Of a stretch of 64,000 nt of DNA, positions 46,547-55,700 are shown piece by piece. The DNA comes from a virus. A program made the position numbers and the translations under genes. The stretch's first letter is position 1; the number at the start of each line of letters is the position of its first letter. Where the stretch lies: positions 43,651 to 107,650 of IMG/VR virus record IMGVR_UViG_3300043548_000722; one strand, written 5' to 3'. The notes below the pieces were generated by a model. It was not told the DNA's origin and made no database searches. It worked only from the letters and a program-made list of their open reading frames with translations.

Positions 46547-46579
46547 AGGCCCCGCAGACATCTGCGGGGCCTCTTTTTT
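46547..46579. terminator. Bidirectional intrinsic terminator
   Basis: Stem AGGCCCCGCAG/CTGCGGGGCCT flanked by AAAA and TTTTTT. Confidence 0.85.
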
Positions 46580-46928
46580 AGCCACCGAATACGAAGGCTT
46601 CTTTCGGATGGCCTGCGGATTCTTTGGCAGCCTCCTCGGCTCTCCTGGAGATGGCCTGAAGCTCGCGCTGCTTTGCTGCCTCTGCCGCAGCACGCGCGCG
46701 CATCTCGATGACTTCCTTGAGCCGAGACTCGATCTGCTGCTCAGAGTAGATCGGTCCCTGCGCCAACAGGGAGCGGAGGGTGAGTAGGAGGTTGTCGTGC
46801 GCTTCCAGCGCCTCTCCCAATACGGAGTCGTTCTCCGACAGCCGCTGGATCTCTGATAGGATCGTGCTGTAGGCAGAGGACGAGAGTCTCTCGAGGACGG
46901 CGACGCGCTCTTCAAGGCTGGCGTTCAT
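46578..46928 (-). CDS. Coiled-coil hypothetical protein, 116 aa
   Basis: GAGGAG RBS; ends at terminator. Confidence 0.7.
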   Translation of the reverse strand: MNASLEERVAVLERLSSSAYSTILSEIQRLSENDSVLGEALEAHDNLLLTLRSLLAQGPIYSEQQIESRLKEVIEMRARAAAEAAKQRELQAISRRAEEAAKESAGHPKEAFVFGG

Positions 46929-47191
46929 TAGATCTCCTCACTAAGAATACCCCTAATCTCTTTCTCCATTTCCGCAACACCCTCTTCCAGTTCCTCGACG
47001 ACCTCCTCGATGACGTCGGTAGATACTGGAGCGCCCTCGCAGGAGATCTGCGCGAGTGGGGTGGCCACCCCATCAGAGGGTAGGAAGCGGGTGCGTAGGA
47101 TCTGAACCAGGGTGTGCTGAATGGCGCTGCGCTGCTTGAGCTCCTTTACTTTTGCGAGAACGGAGCCTACGGTCTTGGCTGCGGGCGGCAT
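46928..47191 (-). CDS. Hypothetical protein, 87 aa
   Basis: GGAGG RBS; TAATG coupling. Confidence 0.7.
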   Translation of the reverse strand: MPPAAKTVGSVLAKVKELKQRSAIQHTLVQILRTRFLPSDGVATPLAQISCEGAPVSTDVIEEVVEELEEGVAEMEKEIRGILSEEI

Positions 47192-47221
47192 GAAAAAAAT
47201 CCTCCAAAAACTGGTATAACA
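47192..47221 (+). promoter_or_regulatory. Putative promoter AAAAATCC...AAACTGGTATAACA
   Basis: Near copy of 62643-62670 (AAAAATCC...AAACTGGGTATAAGA); TG-n-TATAAC extended -10. Confidence 0.55.
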
Positions 47222-47334
47222 TACCTGTGAAGAAACTGAGAAGTCTCCGGAGAAATCGACGAAGTACTCACCGCACCCAGGGCGTACCGGACTGTTCGGG
47301 AAAGCTGGGTGCGAACTCTAATAGGAGATCTCAC

Positions 47335-47556
47335 ATGGACGAAATTCTTAAGAAGTCGGCTGCTATGCGTATGTTTTTCAACATCAACACCTTTCGATGG
47401 GAGTCCATGGATCCAGAGATCTCACGGGCCATCCAACAGGTGTACGCAGATAACCCTATTCTTACTCTGGGATCTGTTCCTTTCGCGGTTTTTGCGGAGT
47501 TAATCCGCGTAGTGCTCTGCTGCGATCCGCCCTCCGAACGCCCTCCAGAAGAGTAA
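47335..47556 (+). CDS. Hypothetical protein, 73 aa
   Basis: AGGAG RBS before ATG 47335; overlaps kinase 3' end convergently. Confidence 0.5.
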   Translation: MDEILKKSAAMRMFFNINTFRWESMDPEISRAIQQVYADNPILTLGSVPFAVFAELIRVVLCCDPPSERPPEE

Positions 47557-48472
47557 AGTCGCTTGGAGCAACGTTTTGTATTCCGTACAGTGTACGGAAC
47601 ATCTCCGATTGGGTGATTGGAGTAGTCAGTATCGCTTTGCGACGAAACGCGGAATCTTCCATAAGCCTTTGCATAAAGCCACTTTGACGCTGCATTAGGG
47701 TTTCTATGTCCGGGGCTGTACTCCCGACCGGCAATCCTACCCACCTCTGCACAAAGCGCGACCTCGGGCTGCTAGCAGCTAGCGTCTGTGCAGCGCGGTC
47801 GGGGGAAGATGGAATGAAGTCAATAATTTTGGGACCAGAGGCCGTCATAATCGTATTACCAGGATTGCCTACTACATCTCCAAGGGTCTTTTTTGCTCCC
47901 ATCCGGAAATTACTTGCCGGAAGATGCGCCACGGCCCGAGTAAAGTCAGTGCTCCCGGGGGCATTGAGCTGCTCTGGGGTCACATAGCTGGCGAAGTCCT
48001 TTTCGGGTCCCGAGACGAACTCTGTGTGGTAATACGGAGTGCCGCTGTCCGCCCGCCGAAGCTTCGGACTGTAGAGTGTGGCGAACGTAGGGTCTTTGGT
48101 CGCACGCGCTCTTCTGAGCATATTAAATTTTTCGGCGAGTACTCGTTGGTCGTAAAGTGGGCCCTTGGTATCAAAGGTCTTCATAACCGACAAGGGCACA
48201 GGGGAATCTGTGGAACCTACAACAAGGGCTGCGGGCCCTTCGGCCCCGCTTCCGAGTACCTTTATAATAGAGCCCATTCGGGTTTTTTTCAGGGAACCCT
48301 CGGCGTCTAATTTTTCTGCAAGCCGCGTTGCTCCGGAGATATCTCCTGCCTCCACAAGTGCCCGCAGGTCTTTTAGATATCGGCGCGCTGCAATTTTTGT
48401 CTGGCCTGCAGACTCTTCAGCCCACAAGGGATGAGTAAGTAGAATAGCCTCGTATGCGGCAACTTTATTCAT
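47462..48472 (-). CDS. Protein kinase-like fold protein with K-x-A leader
   Basis: Gly loop LGSGAEG, VMK lysine, hinge TEFVSG, catalytic GDVVGNPGN, KIIDF. Confidence 0.75.
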   Translation of the reverse strand: MNKVAAYEAILLTHPLWAEESAGQTKIAARRYLKDLRALVEAGDISGATRLAEKLDAEGSLKKTRMGSIIKVLGSGAEGPAALVVGSTDSPVPLSVMKTFDTKGPLYDQRVLAEKFNMLRRARATKDPTFATLYSPKLRRADSGTPYYHTEFVSGPEKDFASYVTPEQLNAPGSTDFTRAVAHLPASNFRMGAKKTLGDVVGNPGNTIMTASGPKIIDFIPSSPDRAAQTLAASSPRSRFVQRWVGLPVGSTAPDIETLMQRQSGFMQRLMEDSAFRRKAILTTPITQSEMFRTLYGIQNVAPSDFTLLEGVRRADRSRALRGLTPQKPRKEQIPE

Positions 48473-50984
48473 CTTGATCTCCAGTTTGAGGGATTGATGT
48501 TACACCGTCGTTAGTGTCTTGGCTAGGAAGCTCTACAGTCTTATTTTTATTGGCAGCTCGGCGCCTCAAAATCTCTGCGGCGAGAGGGACCCCTGCCGAA
48601 GGTATTGCACCCGCGGCATACGTACCATAGGCAGGTAGCAGAGTTTTGAGGCGCCTCCCACGGACTGCTGGAGCGGCAGCCATCATAGCCCGCGCGGTTG
48701 CGCGTGCCTCCTCAAGCAGCACAGGTGCCCACATTGACGTTGCCCCAGCGATGCCCAAGTTTCTTGCTTGAGCCCATCGTTTTTCAGGATCTTGCTCATT
48801 GGCCATAGTCGCTTTTGCTCCATAGCCAAACGCCCCTAAAGTAAGGCCCGTGCCAACCAGGCGGGCAGGTAGTATGGAACTCTGAAGTATCTTTTTCCCA
48901 ACTCCACCTGCTGCATGTCCAAGTTCGTGGGCAAGGACATCAGGATCTTTTATCCCCTCCATGAAGACTTTGTTGATAGTTGGGTTGTAGTGCGGCCCAC
49001 GTCCCTGCAACTGCGCGGCAATTAGATCTGCTATTTGTGCTCTTTCTGTGGGGGGACGACCCTCTACAATTTTACGAAGAAGATAATTATCAGTCATCAG
49101 TTTCTCAGCATCGGCTTTAGTTGGAGCCCCTTGAGATGCAGGTACAGGAGAGTTTTTAAACATTGTATCGAACTCATTTGGATCTCTGGGGCTATTTCTT
49201 AACTTGTCCACAACAGAACGACCTGCCGCATTCTGAAGTGTCTTACCGGCTACGGTCGCTGCTCCAAGGACTCCAAGGGATGTACCAAGAGCCCTTTTTT
49301 TGGACACGCCCTGTTTGTCTTCCGCGGACTCAGATGATGCTCGCTTCTCCCTATTTTTAGCTGACCCGTCTGCCGGCTCATTCTTCGGCCACAGCTCACG
49401 ACGCGCCCAGTAGTTTGCACTGAGCTTGTCGTTGGCAGTCAGACTCCCGTCTTTGCCGCGGATTCCGGCCGAACGCGTGAGGTAGTTCTTCTTTGCCGCG
49501 TCGGAGTAGTTGTGCTTGTAGCCCTTCTGCCCAAAGTGGATCAGCTTGACCTGGTCCCCTTTCTTGGCAAGAACCATCTTTTTCTTCTCGGGACGGTCGG
49601 AGTCAATCGGCTGGTTGTACCCAGGAAAGGTACGGCCGCGATACTCGATCTCAGCCTGCTTGATCACCTCCTCATCTTCCAGAGGCGCGTCGGCATTCCG
49701 CTGAAGAGCTATGGCTCGACGACGAAGTAGCTCAGCAGACAGTGGTAGTCCGGCTGAAGGTAGCGCAGAAATAGCATATGTTCCGAACGCTGGTGTAAGG
49801 GCGGCCAGTCTGCGTAAACGAGCTCCCTTGGGAGCCGCCAGGACTGCCCGTCCGCTAGCCCGGCCTTCCTCAAGAAGCGTTGGTACGTGCTGTAGTGCGG
49901 CCCCTACCGTTCCAAAATTTCTTGAGTGTTCAAACCTGCGCTCCTGTTCCTCTGGGGTTCGTCCCGCAGCACTGACCATTAGTGCGGCAGACCCAAACCG
50001 CATACCCGTGCCCACTGAAGGCACGAGACCTTTACTAAGTGCGTGCAATATTCTTTTCCCCCACGTACCCTCAGAGTGTCCCATTTCATGGGCCAAGAAG
50101 TCTGGGTTAACCGCACCCCCCGTAAGAATCATCTTAGGAGACTCGAGGTACTTGGGTGTGGTATCTTTGAAGTAGTCAGACAGTACCTGTGCGAGCTCAG
50201 GCAACTCCTCGACCCCGATGTCGAAATTGTCGAGCACGGTCGGGTCTCTTTTTAGAATCTCTAGAATCTCATCTGCGGACGGGTTCGCCATTAAGACGGG
50301 CACGCCTTTGGACTCAATGCTGGCACGTAACGAGTTAAATTCTCTGACCCTAGTTCTGTCGCGAAGCTGCCCCTCTATAATTGGAGTCAGCAGTCCCTTG
50401 TCAACGCCGAATGCGGTGGCTCCTAGTCCGGCTGTGGCCCCAACACCTGTCCCGAGAATTGTGCTCGCGGATACGTTATCCCCTGGATAATGTGACACGG
50501 CCGAGGCTGCTTTAGTTGCAGCTGCGTTTGCAATCCGAGCCTTCATGCCCGCGGACATACCGGGGTGGTCTCTCTTAAGAGCTTTATAGATCTCCTTGAC
50601 CTTTGCTGGCCGATCCTGCTCCAGAAAGGGCGGCATATCAGACGCCGATTTGGTTTGAGACTTTTGGTAATCTCTGAGGTCTTTATACTTTGACTTTACT
50701 TTGTTACCAGTTTCTTTGGCGGAGCTAGCTAAACTGCGAGCCGCGTCAACTCCCGCTCGAACAGCCAATCCTCCCGAAGCCAAGCCTCCGGCATAAAGAG
50801 CCCCTCGAAGGACCGGATTTTTCTTAGCAAAATCACTTCCCATTGGTAGATATTTTGTCATCAGTGCGCCAGAACCCGCGGCTCCCGCGATTCCAGTAAG
50901 GCTTTTAGTGTAATCTTCCTGTTTGTAGGAGGGGCCGACATCAACTTCCGCAGACTTGTAAAAAAGAGAAATCTCTCGGATCAT
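48465..50984 (-). CDS. Polyprotein-like protein: Gly-zipper module, small helical module, Zn peptidase, DUF5754-like module, second Zn peptidase
   Basis: LAHEMGH...LLEEGRAS...AFGTY and LAHELGH...LLEEARAT...AYGTY; IHFGQKGY...SANYWARRELW. Confidence 0.85.
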   Translation of the reverse strand: MIREISLFYKSAEVDVGPSYKQEDYTKSLTGIAGAAGSGALMTKYLPMGSDFAKKNPVLRGALYAGGLASGGLAVRAGVDAARSLASSAKETGNKVKSKYKDLRDYQKSQTKSASDMPPFLEQDRPAKVKEIYKALKRDHPGMSAGMKARIANAAATKAASAVSHYPGDNVSASTILGTGVGATAGLGATAFGVDKGLLTPIIEGQLRDRTRVREFNSLRASIESKGVPVLMANPSADEILEILKRDPTVLDNFDIGVEELPELAQVLSDYFKDTTPKYLESPKMILTGGAVNPDFLAHEMGHSEGTWGKRILHALSKGLVPSVGTGMRFGSAALMVSAAGRTPEEQERRFEHSRNFGTVGAALQHVPTLLEEGRASGRAVLAAPKGARLRRLAALTPAFGTYAISALPSAGLPLSAELLRRRAIALQRNADAPLEDEEVIKQAEIEYRGRTFPGYNQPIDSDRPEKKKMVLAKKGDQVKLIHFGQKGYKHNYSDAAKKNYLTRSAGIRGKDGSLTANDKLSANYWARRELWPKNEPADGSAKNREKRASSESAEDKQGVSKKRALGTSLGVLGAATVAGKTLQNAAGRSVVDKLRNSPRDPNEFDTMFKNSPVPASQGAPTKADAEKLMTDNYLLRKIVEGRPPTERAQIADLIAAQLQGRGPHYNPTINKVFMEGIKDPDVLAHELGHAAGGVGKKILQSSILPARLVGTGLTLGAFGYGAKATMANEQDPEKRWAQARNLGIAGATSMWAPVLLEEARATARAMMAAAPAVRGRRLKTLLPAYGTYAAGAIPSAGVPLAAEILRRRAANKNKTVELPSQDTNDGVTSIPQTGDQDE

Positions 50985-50987
50985 GGC

Positions 50988-52229
50988 TCATTTCCCCTTA
51001 CTAAGGCTTGTGTTTGCAGCAAGGCCGTGCGAGCTGTATTGCTCGCCTTGACGGGTGGCTTCGCGCTTCTGGCGCGCAGCCTTGGCGAGACGGTCCTTGC
51101 CCTCTTCAGTCTGGCGTAGTCTATCCGCTTTTTGCTTTGGAAGATATACCCCTCTTCCGCCTTCGCCTGGCTTGTCGCCACCTGTCCAGTTCCAGTCCTG
51201 CTTGGTCCACTTCTTCAAGGAGTTGTTAGACGCAGAGGGCTTGGCGCCGGAGTAACCCCCGCCTTTGTCCTTGTAGATTTTGGTCGCGAGTTGCATGGCG
51301 CGCGCAGAGTGCTTGCCGCCCATCTTGGCGCGCGCCTCGGCTTTGGCTTGCTCCCATTTCTGCGGGTCAGTCTTGGTAGCGGTAGCTGAGGCTGTCTTAC
51401 CTGTAAATGGAGAGTCTATCGGGCTTGGGAACCTCTTATTTGCTATATCCCTGGCGCAGTCACGGGTAAAATCGCATACTCGACCGTCTACCATTGACGA
51501 GCCAGGAGCAAGTGGTGGGTGTCCCATTTTTTTAAGTGAATCATTTACGAGTGGCTCTAGTTCTCCTTTTCTCCACATCCAACGGTCATCGAAGAGGAAG
51601 AGTGTCGGGGCTGCATGGCGAATTTCACTCTCCCTGCCACCTGTGGCCTCCCTGATGGCCTGTTGTACTTCTTCTGGAGACAGGTCGTGCTCTATGGCTT
51701 TAAGACCCATTTCGTAGCGTGTGTAGTCATCCATGTGTTTTTGAAGTCGTTGTTGTACAAACTGCGCCTTAACCTCTTGGGGGATAGCACTCGCAGACTG
51801 GATTGTACTAGGATTTAAATTGGGCATCTGATTTGGCATCTGATTCGGCAGGCCACGCTTAAGTGTCCGCAGGCCGAGTGCTCCAAGTCCGAGTGCTCCA
51901 AGTGCTCCAGCAGACCCCAGGAGAATGTTTCGTCTCCTGCGCTCGGCCGCGTCCCGTTCAGACTGCTCATTCTTTTGGGGATCTACCTTGGTGGCAGTTG
52001 CGGAAGCCTGCTTTTTAAGGAGCGAAACTTCGGCTTTGGACTCTCCATAGCTTCCAGGATACGCCGTGCCGAGCGCCTTCCCGATCCCATCATATGCAGA
52101 GTAGACCTTGTACTCGGCCCAGGAAGGGATCTCCAGACCAAGATCGATCTTCTCCTTGAGATGTTTCGCCTGCGCGGCGATTCTCTCAAGGGTCTTGCTC
52201 AGCATGTGTGAGTCGTCGTACTCGCTCAT
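50988..52229 (-). CDS. Three-module protein ending in a DUF5872-like domain
   Basis: HSARAMQLATKIYKDKGGGYSG...SLKKWTKQDW...YLPK; modules separated by KQA/KTA-SATATK. Confidence 0.8.
   Translation of the reverse strand: MSEYDDSHMLSKTLERIAAQAKHLKEKIDLGLEIPSWAEYKVYSAYDGIGKALGTAYPGSYGESKAEVSLLKKQASATATKVDPQKNEQSERDAAERRRRNILLGSAGALGALGLGALGLRTLKRGLPNQMPNQMPNLNPSTIQSASAIPQEVKAQFVQQRLQKHMDDYTRYEMGLKAIEHDLSPEEVQQAIREATGGRESEIRHAAPTLFLFDDRWMWRKGELEPLVNDSLKKMGHPPLAPGSSMVDGRVCDFTRDCARDIANKRFPSPIDSPFTGKTASATATKTDPQKWEQAKAEARAKMGGKHSARAMQLATKIYKDKGGGYSGAKPSASNNSLKKWTKQDWNWTGGDKPGEGGRGVYLPKQKADRLRQTEEGKDRLAKAARQKREATRQGEQYSSHGLAANTSLSKGK
51823..51909. repeat. Two short in-frame tandem repeats
   Basis: GGCATCTGATTY x2 (51823-51846; PNQM) and CCGAGTGCTCCAAGT x2 (51874-51903; GALGL). 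Confidence 0.85.
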
Positions 52230-52738
52230 TTGCGACCTTCCCAGTCGAGGGAGACCTCATCCTTGGTGATGGGGCCGCCGGAAGCCCAAGTATAGCAAGA
52301 TCGCGCCGAATGGCACTTGAAGTCGTGCATGTGGCAGTAGCCGAGATGGCCATCCTCTTGCACCATGCCAGGCATGCAGTCCTGCATTCGCGGAGAGATG
52401 TCGAACGCAACGCAGTTGCCGCACTTCGACTTCTTTGCAACTGCGGCAGTTGTGTTCCAGTGTTCGGCCAGGTGTTTCCAGTACCCCTCGTCGGACAGAT
52501 TGAGAGGCCCGTACTTGATGTGCTCTGCCTTGATCGCGCGGTTCCGGTTCTTGGTATTGACTTCCAAGCTGCGGGTTGCAAGCGGGCACGCCGCTGCCGT
52601 CTTACCGCCAGAAAGGGGATATCCGCAATTGGCACACTTCTCTGCACCCGCATGGTTCATGTGCCCGCACTTAGGGCATTTGATCTGAGCGGCCGAGAGC
52701 TTGACCATCTCGAGGAAGAAGCCAGTGAGGGGTCTCAT
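52226..52738 (-). CDS. Leader + zinc ribbon + Cys-rich domain protein, 170 aa
   Basis: CPKCG...CANCG; CGNCVAFD...GYCHMHDFKCHSARSCYTW. Confidence 0.85.
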   Translation of the reverse strand: MRPLTGFFLEMVKLSAAQIKCPKCGHMNHAGAEKCANCGYPLSGGKTAAACPLATRSLEVNTKNRNRAIKAEHIKYGPLNLSDEGYWKHLAEHWNTTAAVAKKSKCGNCVAFDISPRMQDCMPGMVQEDGHLGYCHMHDFKCHSARSCYTWASGGPITKDEVSLDWEGRK

Positions 52739-55700
52739 GCGGGATCCGTGAACTTGGTGCGATTGGTCTTTCGGCTGACGGCACGTAGGTTGCCGTGGCC
52801 GTTTCCTCCGCCCTTTGACAGCGGTGTCTTGTGATCGGCCTCACGCGGATCACCTTTCTTTAGCCCGAGCTTTCGGCGAGCCTGGTTGCGCAAACTGCGG
52901 TTCTCAACCTGTTCTGGCTTGGCGTGGTACTCAGCGTACTCTTTTTTGTAGTCCCTCTTTCGATCGCCGTAGGAGCTTATTTTAGTTTGTTCCGCGAATC
53001 TCCCAAGTATCGCATTGTGGCTTTTCGGGTCTCCAATAACCCCAACCTTCTTGTTGGTATTGGGGTTAAGGAAGTCCCTGGGCACCGTCAGGTCCCAGTG
53101 TTTTTCTCCATTCGGAGAAAATCCATTTGCGGCATAGGAGGCTGAAACCAGGTTACCGCAGATAAATTTATCCGCATCTTCTGGATTTTGCTTACGGCTA
53201 ATTAGGTTCTTCGCCATTTTCTCTGGGATCAGCAGGGAAGCGCCCTGTCCAGCCAAGAAGGCAAGACTGTCGTAGTCTCTGCCAACTCGACTCTCGGCAA
53301 AATTAGCCGCTCCCTCTCTAACTTTCTTTGAAGCTTTTGGGCGAACTACAATTGCTGATTGGATTCCATCAAGTGCTTCCTCTAAGTTTCTTTTTTGAAC
53401 TCCATCCTCGATACGTGCCTCAACTACTCGGTCCTTACCGACATAAATAGCAGAATGCGCGTGAGAACCCTGGAGTGCAGTCGAAATCCGTGTAAACACC
53501 GCACTGGGGGCGCTAAGAAGCGCAGGCTGGTTACTATGCTGCTTCGGGGTCATCAGGAGAATGTCTCCTTCTTTTAATTTAGATCTAATACGGGACACAC
53601 TGTCTGCCACCTCAGCAACCTTCAACCGCTCTCCCGGAGGACGCATTGAAGGGCCGAGGACTGTCTTTACGACGTGGCGATTTCCGACGTCTCCGACAAC
53701 AGCATAGCCACGACCCCGTTTAAGGGGGATGTGGTATGTCTGTCCTTTGCGGAGCTTCATGTTCCGCAGCTTTGCGCGGAGTGTGTTGACCTCGGGCTCT
53801 GCTCCAGGAGCACGCTCAGCGATGCGGTCTTCAACATGACCAGCTTCTTTCTTGGTCTCTATAAGACTCGCCCGCTGAAAGACCTCTCGCATCTGCCGCG
53901 CCAACTCAGTTTTCTCATCTGCGCGATCTTGGATCCACTCCTCGGTAGATTTACCAGGATCGAGATTTAGTAGCGACGAGATATTTCCTTGGGGAATTGT
54001 GGAATAGTACCTTTGAACGACTACCTTTCGTTCTTCAGGAGGAAGATGATGATGGCTCTGGTAACGCACCCCTCTGCCGATAACCTGGTCAATCTTTGAG
54101 TTGTTCCAGTGCGGCTCTAGAACTTGGACGAGCTTTGTACCCTTGAGGTCTAGTCCCTCGGTTCCGGAACTCGAGACCAGCAAAACTGGAGTTTTACCAG
54201 AGTTATAGTTTTCGACCAGCTGGGCTTTTTGCTTTGCAGTCAGGGCTCCCGTAAGGGTCTCAAATTTGATACCAGTTCTCTGGAGAGACTTTTCATAGGG
54301 ACGAAGTCCGGCCTCTACATAGTTGGAGTAGACGACCCCTCTGAAATTTGGGTCTGTCTTAGACATTGCACGAAGGCGGCTCACCGCCTCTTGGATCTTC
54401 GGAGTACTGAGGCGCTCCTCAATGTCCGTCATTTCTTTGACATATGGCCTCGGAGATAGCGACGCCTGTCTCCCTCCGGCAACAAATGCATTCAGGTCCT
54501 TTGCCTCCTGTTTAGAGGGAGGCAGGCCTGCCTTAATCTTCATTCTGACGTGAAGCGGAGCAGCGCCCATCACGGTTTCATAGACGGCGTGCTGAGTCTC
54601 CGACATTGGAACACGAATCTTCTCTTCCACCTGCACCGGGAAGTCTGATGCCGATGCCTCGTCGTGCAGATCAATGCGACCTGTGAGGGCATCTATAAGG
54701 GCCTTACGATTTTTTAAAGACCTTTTAATCCCCGGCTGTACGCCAAGTAGTCCCTGAAGCAGTCCCGGAGATACTTCCGTCTCTTGAATAAATTTGGCAT
54801 CGAAGCCAGAAGGATCTGCAGGAAGCACTGCCTTACCTGCTGCAATATTTGCCAAAGGAGCAATATCCGAGGGCTGGTTGTACAGGGCAGTACCTGTGAG
54901 TAGCAACCTCTTTTGCGCCTTCGCGGCATCGGCACGAAGCAGTGACGCAGCGAGAGTGCCTGAATTCCTGAGCCGATGCGCCTCATCGATTACCAGAAAC
55001 CTAGAGGTGTCAATCCCCTTTCCCTCCTTTGCGTCCCTGGTGGCCTTTTCGTAGGAACGAATGCGAGCCGTCACCTCCCCACGAACATGCTTCTTTAGTT
55101 CCTTCTCATAGTTTGGAGTTAACGATGCTGGAGTTACGACTTCAATTGGCAAGCCACTATTGACCGCCGCTGCAATTGAGGTCAGCGTTTTTCCTGCGCC
55201 TACGCGATGGGCAACAATGACTCCATCTGAATTTTCGATCTTCCGCAGCACTCTCTCCTGATGAGGCTTTAGAGCAGAGATGACCTCAGCTGCCTCCTTT
55301 TTCATCGCGTCGCTGGTGTAGACAACGCCAATGTCCTTGTAGAAAGAGTCTTTGGGTAGCGTCTTTTTTAGTTGCCGAAGTTTGCGCTTACCAAAGCGAT
55401 CTACCGCCTGCTGGTAACTGGCGTCGATCTTGTCGTACGCATAGCGAGGGACGGCAACAACAGTGGCTGGACGGCCCTTCACAGGATCAAGATCCTTCCA
55501 GTAGGCGCCCGGCACGTCCTTGTATTCATTAAACGAGGAGAGGTCCCCGATCTCCTCAAGCGGAACCATGTAGTCGATGTCGCTGGTCTTCTTGGGGATT
55601 GAGAGTCTTCCGCTCCCTACGATGGTCCATGTTCCATCGTGCGGCTTGCCATCGATCACAGGGTTGGGAAGGTTGTCCTGAAATCTCGCAGCAGCGGTCT

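Noticed and set aside
52735-52974. HNH as a mobile intron/homing endonuclease
   Set aside because: It is an in-frame C-terminal module behind a KIS junction; no interrupted host gene or intron structure seen
48465-53613. The cluster's own Zn peptidases or papain-like module as the K-x-A protease
   Set aside because: Nothing in the sequence links them to the motif; they look like cargo, and a head maturation protease outside the window is more plausible (not excluded)
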